64,000 bases of DNA from Anaerolineales bacterium UBA6055 (GTDB lineage: Bacteria; Chloroflexota; Anaerolineae; Aggregatilineales; Phototrophicaceae), in contig DIYL01000059.1 in NCBI GenBank assembly GCA_002428985.1, positions 127,573 to 191,572 on the forward strand. Reading direction: 5' to 3'. Shown one piece after another: positions 1 to 9,406 of this stretch. Made by a program: the position numbers and the translations under genes. Each line of letters begins with the position of its first letter. Positions within the stretch are counted from its first letter, which is position 1. Under the pieces are notes generated by a model that was given only the letters and a program-made list of their open reading frames with translations, searched no databases and was not told the origin of the DNA.

Positions 1-15
1 AGCCAATCACGAATT

Positions 16-549
16 TTATGCATCAGAGCTTTCACCATTTATGATATACGAAATTGCAAGTTCCACATTATCCGCGTAATGTGTTGGAACAACATCAGCC
101 TGATAATCTCTTACAGCAATCGATTGACATCCTATTGTGTTTGCCAAAGTAATATCAGATTCAGAATCACCTATGAAATAAGACTTGGATAAATCAACAT
201 CATAGTTTAATAGGCACTGTTCGATCATCCCTATGCTTGGTTTATGGCATTGGCAGTCTATATCACGTGCATGTGGGCAAAAATAGGTTTGCTCAATCTT
301 GACGTTTGCCTGCTTCAACTGGGCTATGAAATCTTTATGTAATTTGCTAAAAGTATCATAAGAAATGATATTTTCACCAATAAGATATTGGTTTGTAACA
401 ATAAACAATGTGTAGCGGGATGGGATATTTTGAAGCGCTGGTACCGTATCAGAGAATATATCGAGACTCGTGACTTTTGCCCAATCATCATCGGGATAAT
501 CTGCTACTAGCGTACCATCTCGATCTAAAAATATAGCAGAAATACTCAT
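16..549 (-). CDS. HAD-IIIA phosphatase, GmhB-like (D,D-heptose 1,7-bisphosphate phosphatase family)
   Basis: 177-aa ORF. Has FLDRDGTL (motif I), VTNQ (motif II), a CPH..C.CHKP Zn-site-like insert and IGDSESD (motif IV). The ATG overlaps the upstream GNAT stop (ATGA at 546-549). Confidence 0.75.
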   Translation of the reverse strand: MSISAIFLDRDGTLVADYPDDDWAKVTSLDIFSDTVPALQNIPSRYTLFIVTNQYLIGENIISYDTFSKLHKDFIAQLKQANVKIEQTYFCPHARDIDCQCHKPSIGMIEQCLLNYDVDLSKSYFIGDSESDITLANTIGCQSIAVRDYQADVVPTHYADNVELAISYIINGESSDA

Positions 550-1094
550 GACCTATCCTTATGATCCTCACGTAAAATCGCACGAAAGTGCAGATCCATC
601 GGCACACCATCACGAATAGAATATTTGTAGAATGTGCCTTCGTGTTGCATCCCTGCTTTTTCCATCACCCGACCCGATGCTGGATTATCAATACGATACG
701 ACGCACCAACTCGATTCAGTTTGAGGTCATCAAAGCCAAATTGGATCACCCGTTTCAATGCCTCAGTCATGTACCCCTTGCCCCAAAACGGTACACCAAT
801 CCAATACCCAACCTCAGCCCGCAGGTGTTTCATTTCGGGACGCAAGCCAATCATCCCCATGAATATATCGTCTTCTTGACGGACAATAGCAAACGTAAAA
901 GACACATCGTTTTCCCAATTCTCACGAACAGTTTTGATAAAATCCTCAGCGACATCCGGTGGGTAAGGATGCGGGATATTCAGTGTCATTTTCGACACTT
1001 CATAATCCCCTGCCAAACGCACGATATGAGGCGCATCCTCTAGTGCGAGTTTGCGTAAAATTAATCGGTCAGTTTCTAGATTTGTGATCGCCAT
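546..1094 (-). CDS. GNAT family N-acetyltransferase (RimJ/RimL-like)
   Basis: 182-aa ORF with N-terminal TDRLILR and a WIGVPFWGKGYMTEAL acetyl-CoA-site-like segment. It lies 3 nt downstream of the htrA-like stop, so it is probably in the same operon. Confidence 0.8.
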   Translation of the reverse strand: MAITNLETDRLILRKLALEDAPHIVRLAGDYEVSKMTLNIPHPYPPDVAEDFIKTVRENWENDVSFTFAIVRQEDDIFMGMIGLRPEMKHLRAEVGYWIGVPFWGKGYMTEALKRVIQFGFDDLKLNRVGASYRIDNPASGRVMEKAGMQHEGTFYKYSIRDGVPMDLHFRAILREDHKDRS

Positions 1095-1097
1095 TTA

Positions 1098-2333
1098 CTA
1101 CTCCACATTTGTACTACAGTCAATAGTCTGGGTGTCGTTGGTCGTTGGACGACTCAGCAATGTTAACGGCACTTCGAATGTCTCCCCATTGCGGATGACA
1201 ATGAGTCGAATCACATCGCCAACCCGCGTATTTAAGACCAAATACGAGACAAGGTCATCCATGTTCTCCACGTAATAATCATTGACGGCAACGATAATAT
1301 CCCCACCAGAACATACTAATGTCCCGCGCACATCACTGATTTGTTGACCGCCGCGCAAACCAGCTTGTTCTGCTGGTGAGCCAACCGTGACACCACGTAA
1401 CAACACCCCGCGATTCACTGGTAAGCCAAGCGGTTCAGCTAAACCCGCCACGCCGAATCCATTATCTTCGGGCATAACCGAAATTCCCATCCACGGATAT
1501 TCAACCCGCCCATTCGCAATAATTTCAGGTACGACCCGCCGCACCGTATCAGCCGGAACAGCAAATCCGACCCCTTGGAACACACCTGTATCCGATCGAA
1601 TCGCCGTATTCACCCCAACCACTGCTCCATACGAATTCAATAACGGTCCACCAGAATTCCCCGGATTAATTGGCGTGTCAATTTGGATAATCGACGGGTT
1701 ATCAAAACCAGGCATAACCGTCGCATCAATCAATTCTGCCGAGCGCAAAGTCCGCCCAACACCGCTGACAATCCCAACCGTCATCGAGCTATTCAGCCCG
1801 AAAGGATTCCCAATCGCAATCGCACGTTGACCGGGACGAACAGCATTCGAGTCCCCTAATAACAATGGACGCAAGCGTTCCGGCGCAGTCTCAACTTTAA
1901 TAACTGCGAGGTCGCTAAATGTATCCAATCCGACCAAGCGCCCATTTGTCACATAGCCATCATGGAATGTCACACGGATTGTTTGCGTGTCTTTGGTGAC
2001 ATGCGCATTGGTGATAATATGCCCTGCACCATCATAGACAAAACCCGAACCGCGCGTCAGATCTGGAGTCAGGCCCTCACCATTTGGGATTTCGCCCTCA
2101 ATATTAACGATCGATGGTGTCGTCCGTTCGTAGATATTCGTGAGTACCAAATACTCAGCATCTGCTTCTTGTACAATCTCATTCGATACAGGTGTAGGAG
2201 GTAAGTCGCCTTGTTGACTGATATTTTGTATTGGCAATGCTTCAATCGGTGTGCTGACAATACCTTGCGGGGTTGCATCTTGTGCACAACCAACCAATAC
2301 CAATACAAGCAGCAGGCTAACCATCACGCGCAT
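1098..2333 (-). CDS. HtrA/DegP-family serine protease with C-terminal PDZ domain (lipoprotein-type signal)
   Basis: 411-aa ORF. LVLVGCAQ lipobox-like signal; trypsin-fold motifs TNAHV, DLAVIKV and GNSGGPLLN; PDZ-like C-terminus. GGGGA RBS upstream of the ATG. Confidence 0.9.
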   Translation of the reverse strand: MRVMVSLLLVLVLVGCAQDATPQGIVSTPIEALPIQNISQQGDLPPTPVSNEIVQEADAEYLVLTNIYERTTPSIVNIEGEIPNGEGLTPDLTRGSGFVYDGAGHIITNAHVTKDTQTIRVTFHDGYVTNGRLVGLDTFSDLAVIKVETAPERLRPLLLGDSNAVRPGQRAIAIGNPFGLNSSMTVGIVSGVGRTLRSAELIDATVMPGFDNPSIIQIDTPINPGNSGGPLLNSYGAVVGVNTAIRSDTGVFQGVGFAVPADTVRRVVPEIIANGRVEYPWMGISVMPEDNGFGVAGLAEPLGLPVNRGVLLRGVTVGSPAEQAGLRGGQQISDVRGTLVCSGGDIIVAVNDYYVENMDDLVSYLVLNTRVGDVIRLIVIRNGETFEVPLTLLSRPTTNDTQTIDCSTNVE

Positions 2334-2412
2334 GGAATTTCCCCTTGTGTCATGAGTTTAAGATACGGTCTTATTTTAACAGGTCATAGCATGTGTTCAA
2401 ATATCGTGCAAT

Positions 2413-3006
2413 TTATTCTGCCGGTTCATCATCCAACAGATCCAACTTTGCATATACGCTATTCAAGTCCAGCTTGCAGTCTATTGATGGAAGAAACATG
2501 ATATCATCGCCAAACGCCTTACTATATAACCAATCTCCGTTGTCCTGACGTAGAAATCTTTCAATTTTCTGTTTATCTTGAGAGACCAATACATACTCTT
2601 CAACAGATGGGAGTTGTGTATATTCCTCTAGCTTTTGATTTCTATCAATAATCTCTGTTGATGGTGACAAAACCTCTATAATAACAGTCGGATTCGTAAT
2701 CGTATCACGCCGATTTTCTAGGAATTCAATTTTGCCACATACCACAACTACATCTGGGTAACGATAGCTAATCTTAGCGTCAACTTTAATACGCGTTTCA
2801 CTCGCATTGACAATGCAATCTTTTTGCGCCAGTTGTACCGTCAGGCTACTACTAATATTATTGGCAATCGTATTGTGGCGGACAGTTGCTCCTGTCATTG
2901 CAATAACTTCACCATTTACATATTCATGGCGACTTGCACTCTTATCCTCAAATTCCAGATATTCAGCTTCCGTCATATGGTTTGGATTATACGGTTGTGC
3001 AGACAT
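2413..3006 (-). CDS. Uma2 (DUF820) family endonuclease
   Basis: 197-aa ORF. Has TEAEYLEFE, HEYVNGEVIAMTGAT, RYPDVVVVCG and NPTVIIEVLSPST (PD-(D/E)xK-like core). Close paralog of 52501-53091. Confidence 0.85.
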   Translation of the reverse strand: MSAQPYNPNHMTEAEYLEFEDKSASRHEYVNGEVIAMTGATVRHNTIANNISSSLTVQLAQKDCIVNASETRIKVDAKISYRYPDVVVVCGKIEFLENRRDTITNPTVIIEVLSPSTEIIDRNQKLEEYTQLPSVEEYVLVSQDKQKIERFLRQDNGDWLYSKAFGDDIMFLPSIDCKLDLNSVYAKLDLLDDEPAE

Positions 3007-3040
3007 GGCTATCCTCTCATGCAGTTAACAGAAACTCGTC

Positions 3041-3613
3041 TTATGCATCAAATTCAACATCTAGATAAACATCAACCATCGCCAAATCAACATTGAGAGC
3101 TTCTAATGGAATCGATTCAGTGCGCAAAGTGAATTGTTGTAAAAACCACCCACCATCTTGTCGCGTCGACAACTGTGCATAAAGCTGATTTTGATCAACA
3201 ACGAGGTAATGCTGTAGCGACTCCAAACTCCGATAAAAGTTGGCTTTGATACCCTTATCAAAACTTTCTGACGAAGCCGATGTAACCTCGACTATCAGTG
3301 TTGGATTTATAAGCGTGATATTTTTTTCATCGTCAAATTTAGCTTGACCACAAACAGCACTTACATCCGGATAAAAGTATTTTTTCTCAGCAACTTTTAC
3401 ACGCATCTCACTAGAATGTGTACGACAGCCTGAACCTTTGGTTGCTTGCCACAATGCGCCACCAATATTCAAAATGATTTTGCTATGGGATTCTGTCCCA
3501 CCAGACATTGCATAAATTTCGCCGTCCATATATTCGTGCTTAACATCAGACGCGTCATCAAAAGCGAGATAATCTTCAACTGTCCATTTTTGTATTGGGT
3601 TAGTCGCCATCAA
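3041..3613 (-). CDS. Uma2 (DUF820) family endonuclease
   Basis: 190-aa ORF. Has WTVEDYLAFDD, HEYMDGEIYAMSGGT, FYPDVSAVCG and NPTLIVEVTSASS. Paralog of the frameshifted copy at 28518-29091. Confidence 0.85.
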   Translation of the reverse strand: MMATNPIQKWTVEDYLAFDDASDVKHEYMDGEIYAMSGGTESHSKIILNIGGALWQATKGSGCRTHSSEMRVKVAEKKYFYPDVSAVCGQAKFDDEKNITLINPTLIVEVTSASSESFDKGIKANFYRSLESLQHYLVVDQNQLYAQLSTRQDGGWFLQQFTLRTESIPLEALNVDLAMVDVYLDVEFDA

Positions 3614-3644
3614 TAGCCCTCATCATATACCTATGCTGATTATA

Positions 3645-5201
3645 TCATTCTGTAGACTTTTTATCTTTTTCAACCGCATCATTCTTGAGTTTTTCTGGCT
3701 CAAGCGTCGGCAAAATCCGTTTGAGATACAGCCAAGAAGCATACAGCCCAAACGCCGTCAGAATGATACTAAATGCATATGCAGTGACATAACGCGGGAT
3801 ACGCCCCTGTGTCCACAGCAAAAACGGAAAGATAAACAACATCCCACTCCCAATCGCCACCAGCGCAATATTAAGGGCGACAGATCGAAAATTACGTAGG
3901 ATGTCCCACATGGCGCCAAGACTTAAAGGAATTGCAATGAATACAAAACATACTAAGCTCATTATTGCGGTCACAGTTGGTAGTGAATGTGATTTTGTTT
4001 CTGTGATTTCGGCAACTAGCACGATTAATATGAGAGCATATCCAATCCACCCACATGCCAAAAAAGAGGTAGACCAGCGTCCTGCGTTTTGTCGAATATA
4101 AGCCGTGGAAGTTGTAACCACTAAGAATGCGGTTGCCAGAGCTAGCCAGAGTTCTAAAAACAAACCCTGTTCAACACTGTCCCATCCATGCAATGGCTCT
4201 AGTCCATAGCCTCCAACATTAACCCATTCATAAATGCCAGCAGAGGTACGTACAAGTACACCATCCCACCCCATTGCAAAAATAATGTTTCCACTTTCGG
4301 GGTCAAATGTTGCGTCGAACGGCCCTGGATCATCATTTACCGCATTACTATTGCAATTGAATAGGCATTTCCTGGAGTGTCTCAAAACAGATCTGATTTC
4401 CTTTCGTATCTCAAATAAATCATATTCTGTGATCCAGTTCACACCGTCATGAGAAGTTTCAACAGTTTCTGCTGGAGACCATCTAATTTGTAACTCTGTT
4501 CCAGTAAGTTGTGAAGGAGTATCACATTTTTCAAGATCACTAATCTCTGTAGGCTGCCATGACAAACCACCATCTAGACTTTTATATTCCTTGTGTCCGG
4601 GTCCATTAGGATACTCCGCACCAAATAAAGTAGAGGTATAAAGAAAATTATAAATATCCGTATAGCATATTGCCCGCAAACCATAATCTGGGACTATGTG
4701 AGGCGGACTTGTTGCCAGCGTCCCCAATAATCCTAAACCTAATGCAACATACGCAAACGGCTTGAGTGACACCTTATCATCGCTAGCCTTTTGCCAGATA
4801 TATGCACTGATTATCAAAGCGGGCAATGTCAGTAAATCAGTCACATCGAGGCGCAGTTGCCCCTCCCATCCAACAATCGCATAGAGCGTTTCTGTCGTCA
4901 GATGATGCACAAATGGAATTATCTTCGCTGTCGCAAACCAGACCCCGATAAACCCGATTGACAGCCCACCAACAATGTCTGTATGGCGTTCCAATCGACG
5001 TGGGATAATCCATGCAAACACCAATCCAGCAATAAACGGCGCGAATACCAACCACATAAAATCACCAAGCTTGCCTGTCAGCCATGATGGATGTGCATAG
5101 CGCAACCAGTGATCATTAAAAAGCAGGAACATGATAGCCAATAACGACAGCGGGTGCGTCAGACTATGGAACGCTTTCCAGAAAGCATGATTGTAAGGCA
5201 T
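3645..5201 (-). CDS. Polytopic membrane protein with central Asp-box (BNR-like) ectodomain, tandem paralog B
   Basis: The ORF track extends to 5306, but homology to the upstream paralog starts at the ATG at 5201 (MPYNHAFWKAFHSL). Several hydrophobic helices lie at both ends. SLDGGLSWQ and SHDGVNW match the Asp-box pattern S-x-D-x-G-x-x-W. The start lies 1 nt after the paralog A stop. Confidence 0.7.
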   Translation of the reverse strand: MPYNHAFWKAFHSLTHPLSLLAIMFLLFNDHWLRYAHPSWLTGKLGDFMWLVFAPFIAGLVFAWIIPRRLERHTDIVGGLSIGFIGVWFATAKIIPFVHHLTTETLYAIVGWEGQLRLDVTDLLTLPALIISAYIWQKASDDKVSLKPFAYVALGLGLLGTLATSPPHIVPDYGLRAICYTDIYNFLYTSTLFGAEYPNGPGHKEYKSLDGGLSWQPTEISDLEKCDTPSQLTGTELQIRWSPAETVETSHDGVNWITEYDLFEIRKEIRSVLRHSRKCLFNCNSNAVNDDPGPFDATFDPESGNIIFAMGWDGVLVRTSAGIYEWVNVGGYGLEPLHGWDSVEQGLFLELWLALATAFLVVTTSTAYIRQNAGRWSTSFLACGWIGYALILIVLVAEITETKSHSLPTVTAIMSLVCFVFIAIPLSLGAMWDILRNFRSVALNIALVAIGSGMLFIFPFLLWTQGRIPRYVTAYAFSIILTAFGLYASWLYLKRILPTLEPEKLKNDAVEKDKKSTE

Positions 5202-5202
5202 A

Positions 5203-6744
5203 TCAGACCTCTTTCTTATCTTTTTCAACCGCATCATTCTTGAGTTTTTCTGGCTCGAGTGACGGCAAAATCCGTTTGAGATACAGCCACGACGCATACA
5301 GCCCAAACACCGTCAGCATGATGCTAAATGCATAGGCAGTGACATAACGCGGAATACGCCCCTGTGTCCATAACAAAAACGGAAAGATAAACAACATCCC
5401 ACTCCCAATCGCCGCCAGCGCAATATTAAGAGCGACAGATCGAAAATTACGTAGGATGTCCCACATGGCTCCAAGACTTAAAGGAATTGCAAAAATAAAC
5501 ATTGCACAAAAGCTAACCAACCCTGCAAAAACAGGTACTGAAACAGTCAAACTTCCACCGCTAGCGGATATTGGATCATGACGTTCGAGGATAACTAGTA
5601 TCATAATTAGAACGTAAACTATCCAACTAAAAGAAATTACCTTCTTTCGCCCCATTGAAATGTGATGACGAATATACCATGTTGAAGTGACTATAACTAG
5701 AAAAGCCGTTGCTATAGCAAGACAAAACTCAAGAAAAATCAAATTATGAAAATCAGTTAGCGAAGGGTTTTCAGGAAGATTATAGTGTCCTACTGTAGAC
5801 CAAACATATTTACCATCCGACTGACGAACGAGGACACCATCCCACCCCATTGCAAATATATAATTATCACTAGCTTCATCATATACAACACTATGCGGAC
5901 CAGGATCGTCGAATATTAAGCTAGGACTATAGATATGCAAACGTCGCTTGACATAGCGAGCTTCCTGACGCAAAACTCCAAGATCATAATCGACTTGCCA
6001 TGACTCTCCATTATCTTCTGAAATCTCGATTTTATCGGCATTTGACCAACGAAATTTTGAGGGTGCATTCTCATCTATTGATGAACCTACGCATTCTTTA
6101 TTGTTTTCTTCCCAGCGATCACGCCAATTCAATCCACCGTCGTAACTTTCATAAGTTGTTATATTTCCCCACATAGACTGGGTAGTGACGGATAAAAACT
6201 CACCGTTGTAGCAGATTTCACGAATACCATATTCAGCATATTGTGGACTATCACTCGCAAGTGTCCCCAACAGCCCCAGTCCCAGGGCTACATATGCGAA
6301 CGGCTTGAGCGACACCTTATCATCGCTAGCCTTTTGCCAGATATATACGCTAATTATCAGTGCAGGCAACGTCAGTAAATCAGTGACATCGAGGCGCAGT
6401 TGTCCTTCCCACCCAACAATCGTATAAAGCGTTTCTGTCGTCAGATGATGCACGAACGGAATCGTCTTCGATGTTGCAAACCAGACCCCGATAAATCCAA
6501 TCGACAGCCCACCGACAATATCGGTGTGGTATTCCAATCGGCGCGGGATAATCCATGCAAATACCAAACCAGCAATAAACGGCGCGAATACCAACCATGT
6601 AAAATCGCCAAGCTTACCTGTCAGCCATGACGGATGTGCATAACGCAACCAATGGTCGTTAAACAGCAACAGCATGATAGCAAGCAACGATAGCGGATGT
6701 GTTAGACTATGGAACGCTTTCCAGAAGGGACGATTATAGGACAT
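5203..6744 (-). CDS. Polytopic membrane protein with central Asp-box (BNR-like) ectodomain, tandem paralog A
   Basis: 513-aa ORF. The N-terminal ~165 aa and C-terminal ~95 aa are about 94% identical to paralog B by hand alignment. Central Asp-boxes are SYDGGLNW and SEDNGESW. Confidence 0.7.
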   Translation of the reverse strand: MSYNRPFWKAFHSLTHPLSLLAIMLLLFNDHWLRYAHPSWLTGKLGDFTWLVFAPFIAGLVFAWIIPRRLEYHTDIVGGLSIGFIGVWFATSKTIPFVHHLTTETLYTIVGWEGQLRLDVTDLLTLPALIISVYIWQKASDDKVSLKPFAYVALGLGLLGTLASDSPQYAEYGIREICYNGEFLSVTTQSMWGNITTYESYDGGLNWRDRWEENNKECVGSSIDENAPSKFRWSNADKIEISEDNGESWQVDYDLGVLRQEARYVKRRLHIYSPSLIFDDPGPHSVVYDEASDNYIFAMGWDGVLVRQSDGKYVWSTVGHYNLPENPSLTDFHNLIFLEFCLAIATAFLVIVTSTWYIRHHISMGRKKVISFSWIVYVLIMILVILERHDPISASGGSLTVSVPVFAGLVSFCAMFIFAIPLSLGAMWDILRNFRSVALNIALAAIGSGMLFIFPFLLWTQGRIPRYVTAYAFSIMLTVFGLYASWLYLKRILPSLEPEKLKNDAVEKDKKEV

Positions 6745-6850
6745 AGCATATACCTCGAATACAGATGTGTCATCTCCAGTATATACCTAATTTGTAGATT
6801 AATTCCTCAAAAATAGGCACGCATTGAATAACCGTAGGCAATTGGTATGG

Positions 6851-7315
6851 TTACAATGCCCCTAATTTAGGCAAGAAGCGCCCCGTCCGTAGGCGATATT
6901 GACCATAATCAGGATATTGTTGCATCAATAGTTCTTCTTCATATAAAGACTTATACGTCAACAACCCGACGAGGAAAATTGTCGCGGTCATCGTGACAAT
7001 ATGCGCATGCCAGATGGTAATCCCAAATGCGACCAGTAAAACACCTGTATAAATTGGATGGCGGATGCGCTTGTACAATCCACTTGTGATGAGTTCAGCA
7101 CTTTGATTTGGGGTCGGCAAAGCACTCGGTCCACCTCGATTTACCCGACCATGCTCAGTAATCGCCATTAGCGCGACAATAACACCGGCAAAAATCCCAA
7201 CTCCACCGATAACCCATTGGATAGCAATCTTATCCGTCGGGATTAAAATCGCCCCACCACCAATCACAGCAAATAAGATAAATTGAATAACAACCAGACC
7301 AAACGCTTTATTCAT
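6851..7315 (-). CDS. Isoprenylcysteine carboxyl methyltransferase (ICMT)-family membrane methyltransferase
   Basis: Four or five hydrophobic helices, then GLYKRIRHPIYTGVLL, typical of ICMT/PEMT-type enzymes. Start set at the ATG at 7315 (GGGGGA 4 nt upstream). The ORF is open to 7351. Confidence 0.7.
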   Translation of the reverse strand: MNKAFGLVVIQFILFAVIGGGAILIPTDKIAIQWVIGGVGIFAGVIVALMAITEHGRVNRGGPSALPTPNQSAELITSGLYKRIRHPIYTGVLLVAFGITIWHAHIVTMTATIFLVGLLTYKSLYEEELLMQQYPDYGQYRLRTGRFLPKLGAL

Positions 7316-7496
7316 GACATCCCCCATGATTATATTGTGCGCCCATATCATACCGAATAATCACGCCAAGCGACAGAAAATCTCGGCATAATCTTCAATT
7401 GCAACTAATATAAAGGCCTATGACAATCGGTCATATTCTATTAAGCAAGTCCATGTACAATACGCCTGTTATTTGCCTATTGGATTGGAAAACAAT

Positions 7497-8756
7497 ATGT
7501 TACATCGCCGTCTAGTCGCTCTAATATTGATAATTATCGTGTTTGCTATGCCCACATTCGCACAAGATGTAGAAGTATTATTTAGCGCGACATTCGATGA
7601 TGAGACGATTCCCGATGCCCTCAATATCCAATACGGCACATTCGATACTACAGACGGACAACTTGACTACACTGTGGAGGCAGGTGGCTTTATCGTGATT
7701 CCATCGGGTATTGATTGGACGGACTACGCCATCGAAACCGAACTCACAATTTTAGAGGGTAGTGTGTGGTTGCAAGCACGCACCGGAAGCGATTTATGTA
7801 GCGGCTATTATCTGACACTCAATCCAACCCGCTCAGTTGTCGATTTATCGGTATCTGATACGGAATGCAACTTTACCGTATTAGCAGAAACCGACACAGT
7901 GACGATCCCAACCGGGGCATTCACCGCACGCCTTGATGTTCAGGGAAATCAAATCAGTGCATACCTCAATGATGATCTGATTTTATCAGCAACCGACGAC
8001 CAATTTGTCTCGGGCTATCCAACCCTCAACATCTTCCCAACAGATGAAACTGCACGGGTACAATTTGATAGCATTCAAGTATTTACATTGCCCGATGCCC
8101 CAGCACAAACTGATGCAACACCAGAGGTTATCGAAGAAACCATAGCCCCAGAAACAACACCAGAACCACAACCACTAGTTGATATCGACTTACCACCAGT
8201 CAACGAAATTCCACTCGATGAAGATCCGAATCGCACGATTGAATCACTGGTTGAGCTAGGCTTAATCCCCAATACTGACGGTCAACTCTATACATCTGAT
8301 GCAGTTGTCATCGCTCGCATCGGCGCATGGTTCGAGCCACTGTTTGATGATGTGTCATCTCCCCAAGCCGTTATGTCGGGTAACATCTTCTTCCTGCCAA
8401 ATAACGAGAACGAGACCTGTTTGCTATCGGCACGGATCGAACGTGATGAGCGAGGTACAGCCCAACGTTATCTTGATGTCGGCATAAACGCACTTGATGA
8501 GGTCTTTATTGGTGAGACAGCCGATAACGGCGAATACAGCCTCGCAACACAAGAGGGTATGTTGACTGCATCCGGTGGCAATATCTTGTTCGTTAGTTAT
8601 GGCGACCGTCTCTCGGTTTATGTGAACGGACGCATCGCCTTCCAGAATATTGAAGTCACACGGCGCGATGGTAGCTTCGGCGTATCATCTAACGCGACCA
8701 CATCATTTACAGTCTGCCATGTGACCAATTTGTGGGTCTATACATTTGACGGTTAG
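7497..8756 (+). CDS. Secreted hypothetical protein: two jelly-roll-like modules joined by a Pro/Thr/Glu-rich linker
   Basis: Signal peptide LVALILIIIVFAMPTFAQD follows the ATG at 7497 (the track starts at a TTG at 7473). A PETTPEPQP linker sits mid-protein. The fold assignment is a guess. Confidence 0.55.
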   Translation: MLHRRLVALILIIIVFAMPTFAQDVEVLFSATFDDETIPDALNIQYGTFDTTDGQLDYTVEAGGFIVIPSGIDWTDYAIETELTILEGSVWLQARTGSDLCSGYYLTLNPTRSVVDLSVSDTECNFTVLAETDTVTIPTGAFTARLDVQGNQISAYLNDDLILSATDDQFVSGYPTLNIFPTDETARVQFDSIQVFTLPDAPAQTDATPEVIEETIAPETTPEPQPLVDIDLPPVNEIPLDEDPNRTIESLVELGLIPNTDGQLYTSDAVVIARIGAWFEPLFDDVSSPQAVMSGNIFFLPNNENETCLLSARIERDERGTAQRYLDVGINALDEVFIGETADNGEYSLATQEGMLTASGGNILFVSYGDRLSVYVNGRIAFQNIEVTRRDGSFGVSSNATTSFTVCHVTNLWVYTFDG

Positions 8757-9214
8757 CGATCAGGTGTTCCTAATTCAATCAGCACACCGTCTCTAGACCA
8801 ATCAACCATATCTTGTTCGAGGGTATATTCGCCTGTGCCCTCTAATAACACCATACCCGTCCCGCTGATAGCGGCTTGAATATTGATGCCTTGCATAACC
8901 ACAGCCATATCTTCACCAGAAATTACAGCACTTCCATCAAACCGCCGATAAGTATGCGTTGTATTGCCTCGTGTTGTCCGTTCATTATGGAAATAGCGTT
9001 TATTGCTCTCCACCTCAATCGACGTATCGCCACTACGATCAACAATAAATAACATACCCTTGCCCGTAATTGTGATCACCCCACTGCCACTCATTGCAAC
9101 TGTGCCATCACCCTCAGCCGTTATCGTGCCATGCATCGGGATAATATCTTGCGCTGAAAGTACCCCAACCCCGATTATTAGTACAATGACACTCACTACC
9201 CATTTGTGTAACAT
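8753..9214 (-). CDS. Small secreted hypothetical protein (Gly/Thr-rich beta-type repeats)
   Basis: 153-aa ORF with signal peptide VVSVIVLIIGVGVLSAQD. Its stop overlaps the convergent 7497-8756 stop (TTAG at 8753-8756). Confidence 0.5.
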   Translation of the reverse strand: MLHKWVVSVIVLIIGVGVLSAQDIIPMHGTITAEGDGTVAMSGSGVITITGKGMLFIVDRSGDTSIEVESNKRYFHNERTTRGNTTHTYRRFDGSAVISGEDMAVVMQGINIQAAISGTGMVLLEGTGEYTLEQDMVDWSRDGVLIELGTPDR

Positions 9215-9406
9215 CTATGTTCCCATCACGTTAGAATTCCGTTGCAATGATAATACGCACAAGATATTGGCAGGGTGTTGATGAAGTGCAAAAAAGTTGT
9301 AAAATTTGTATGCCATGTCATTTAAATTGCTGTTGATTAAAAGCCTCCAAATCGCCATTTCGATATATAATAGAGTTACACCAACTTAACATCACGACCT
9401 ACACCT

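Noticed and set aside
5202-5306. N-terminal extension of ORF 3645-5306 (MGCMRRGCISNGF...)
   Set aside because: The extension overlaps the 3' end of the upstream paralog in another frame. Homology between the paralogs begins exactly at the ATG at 5201.
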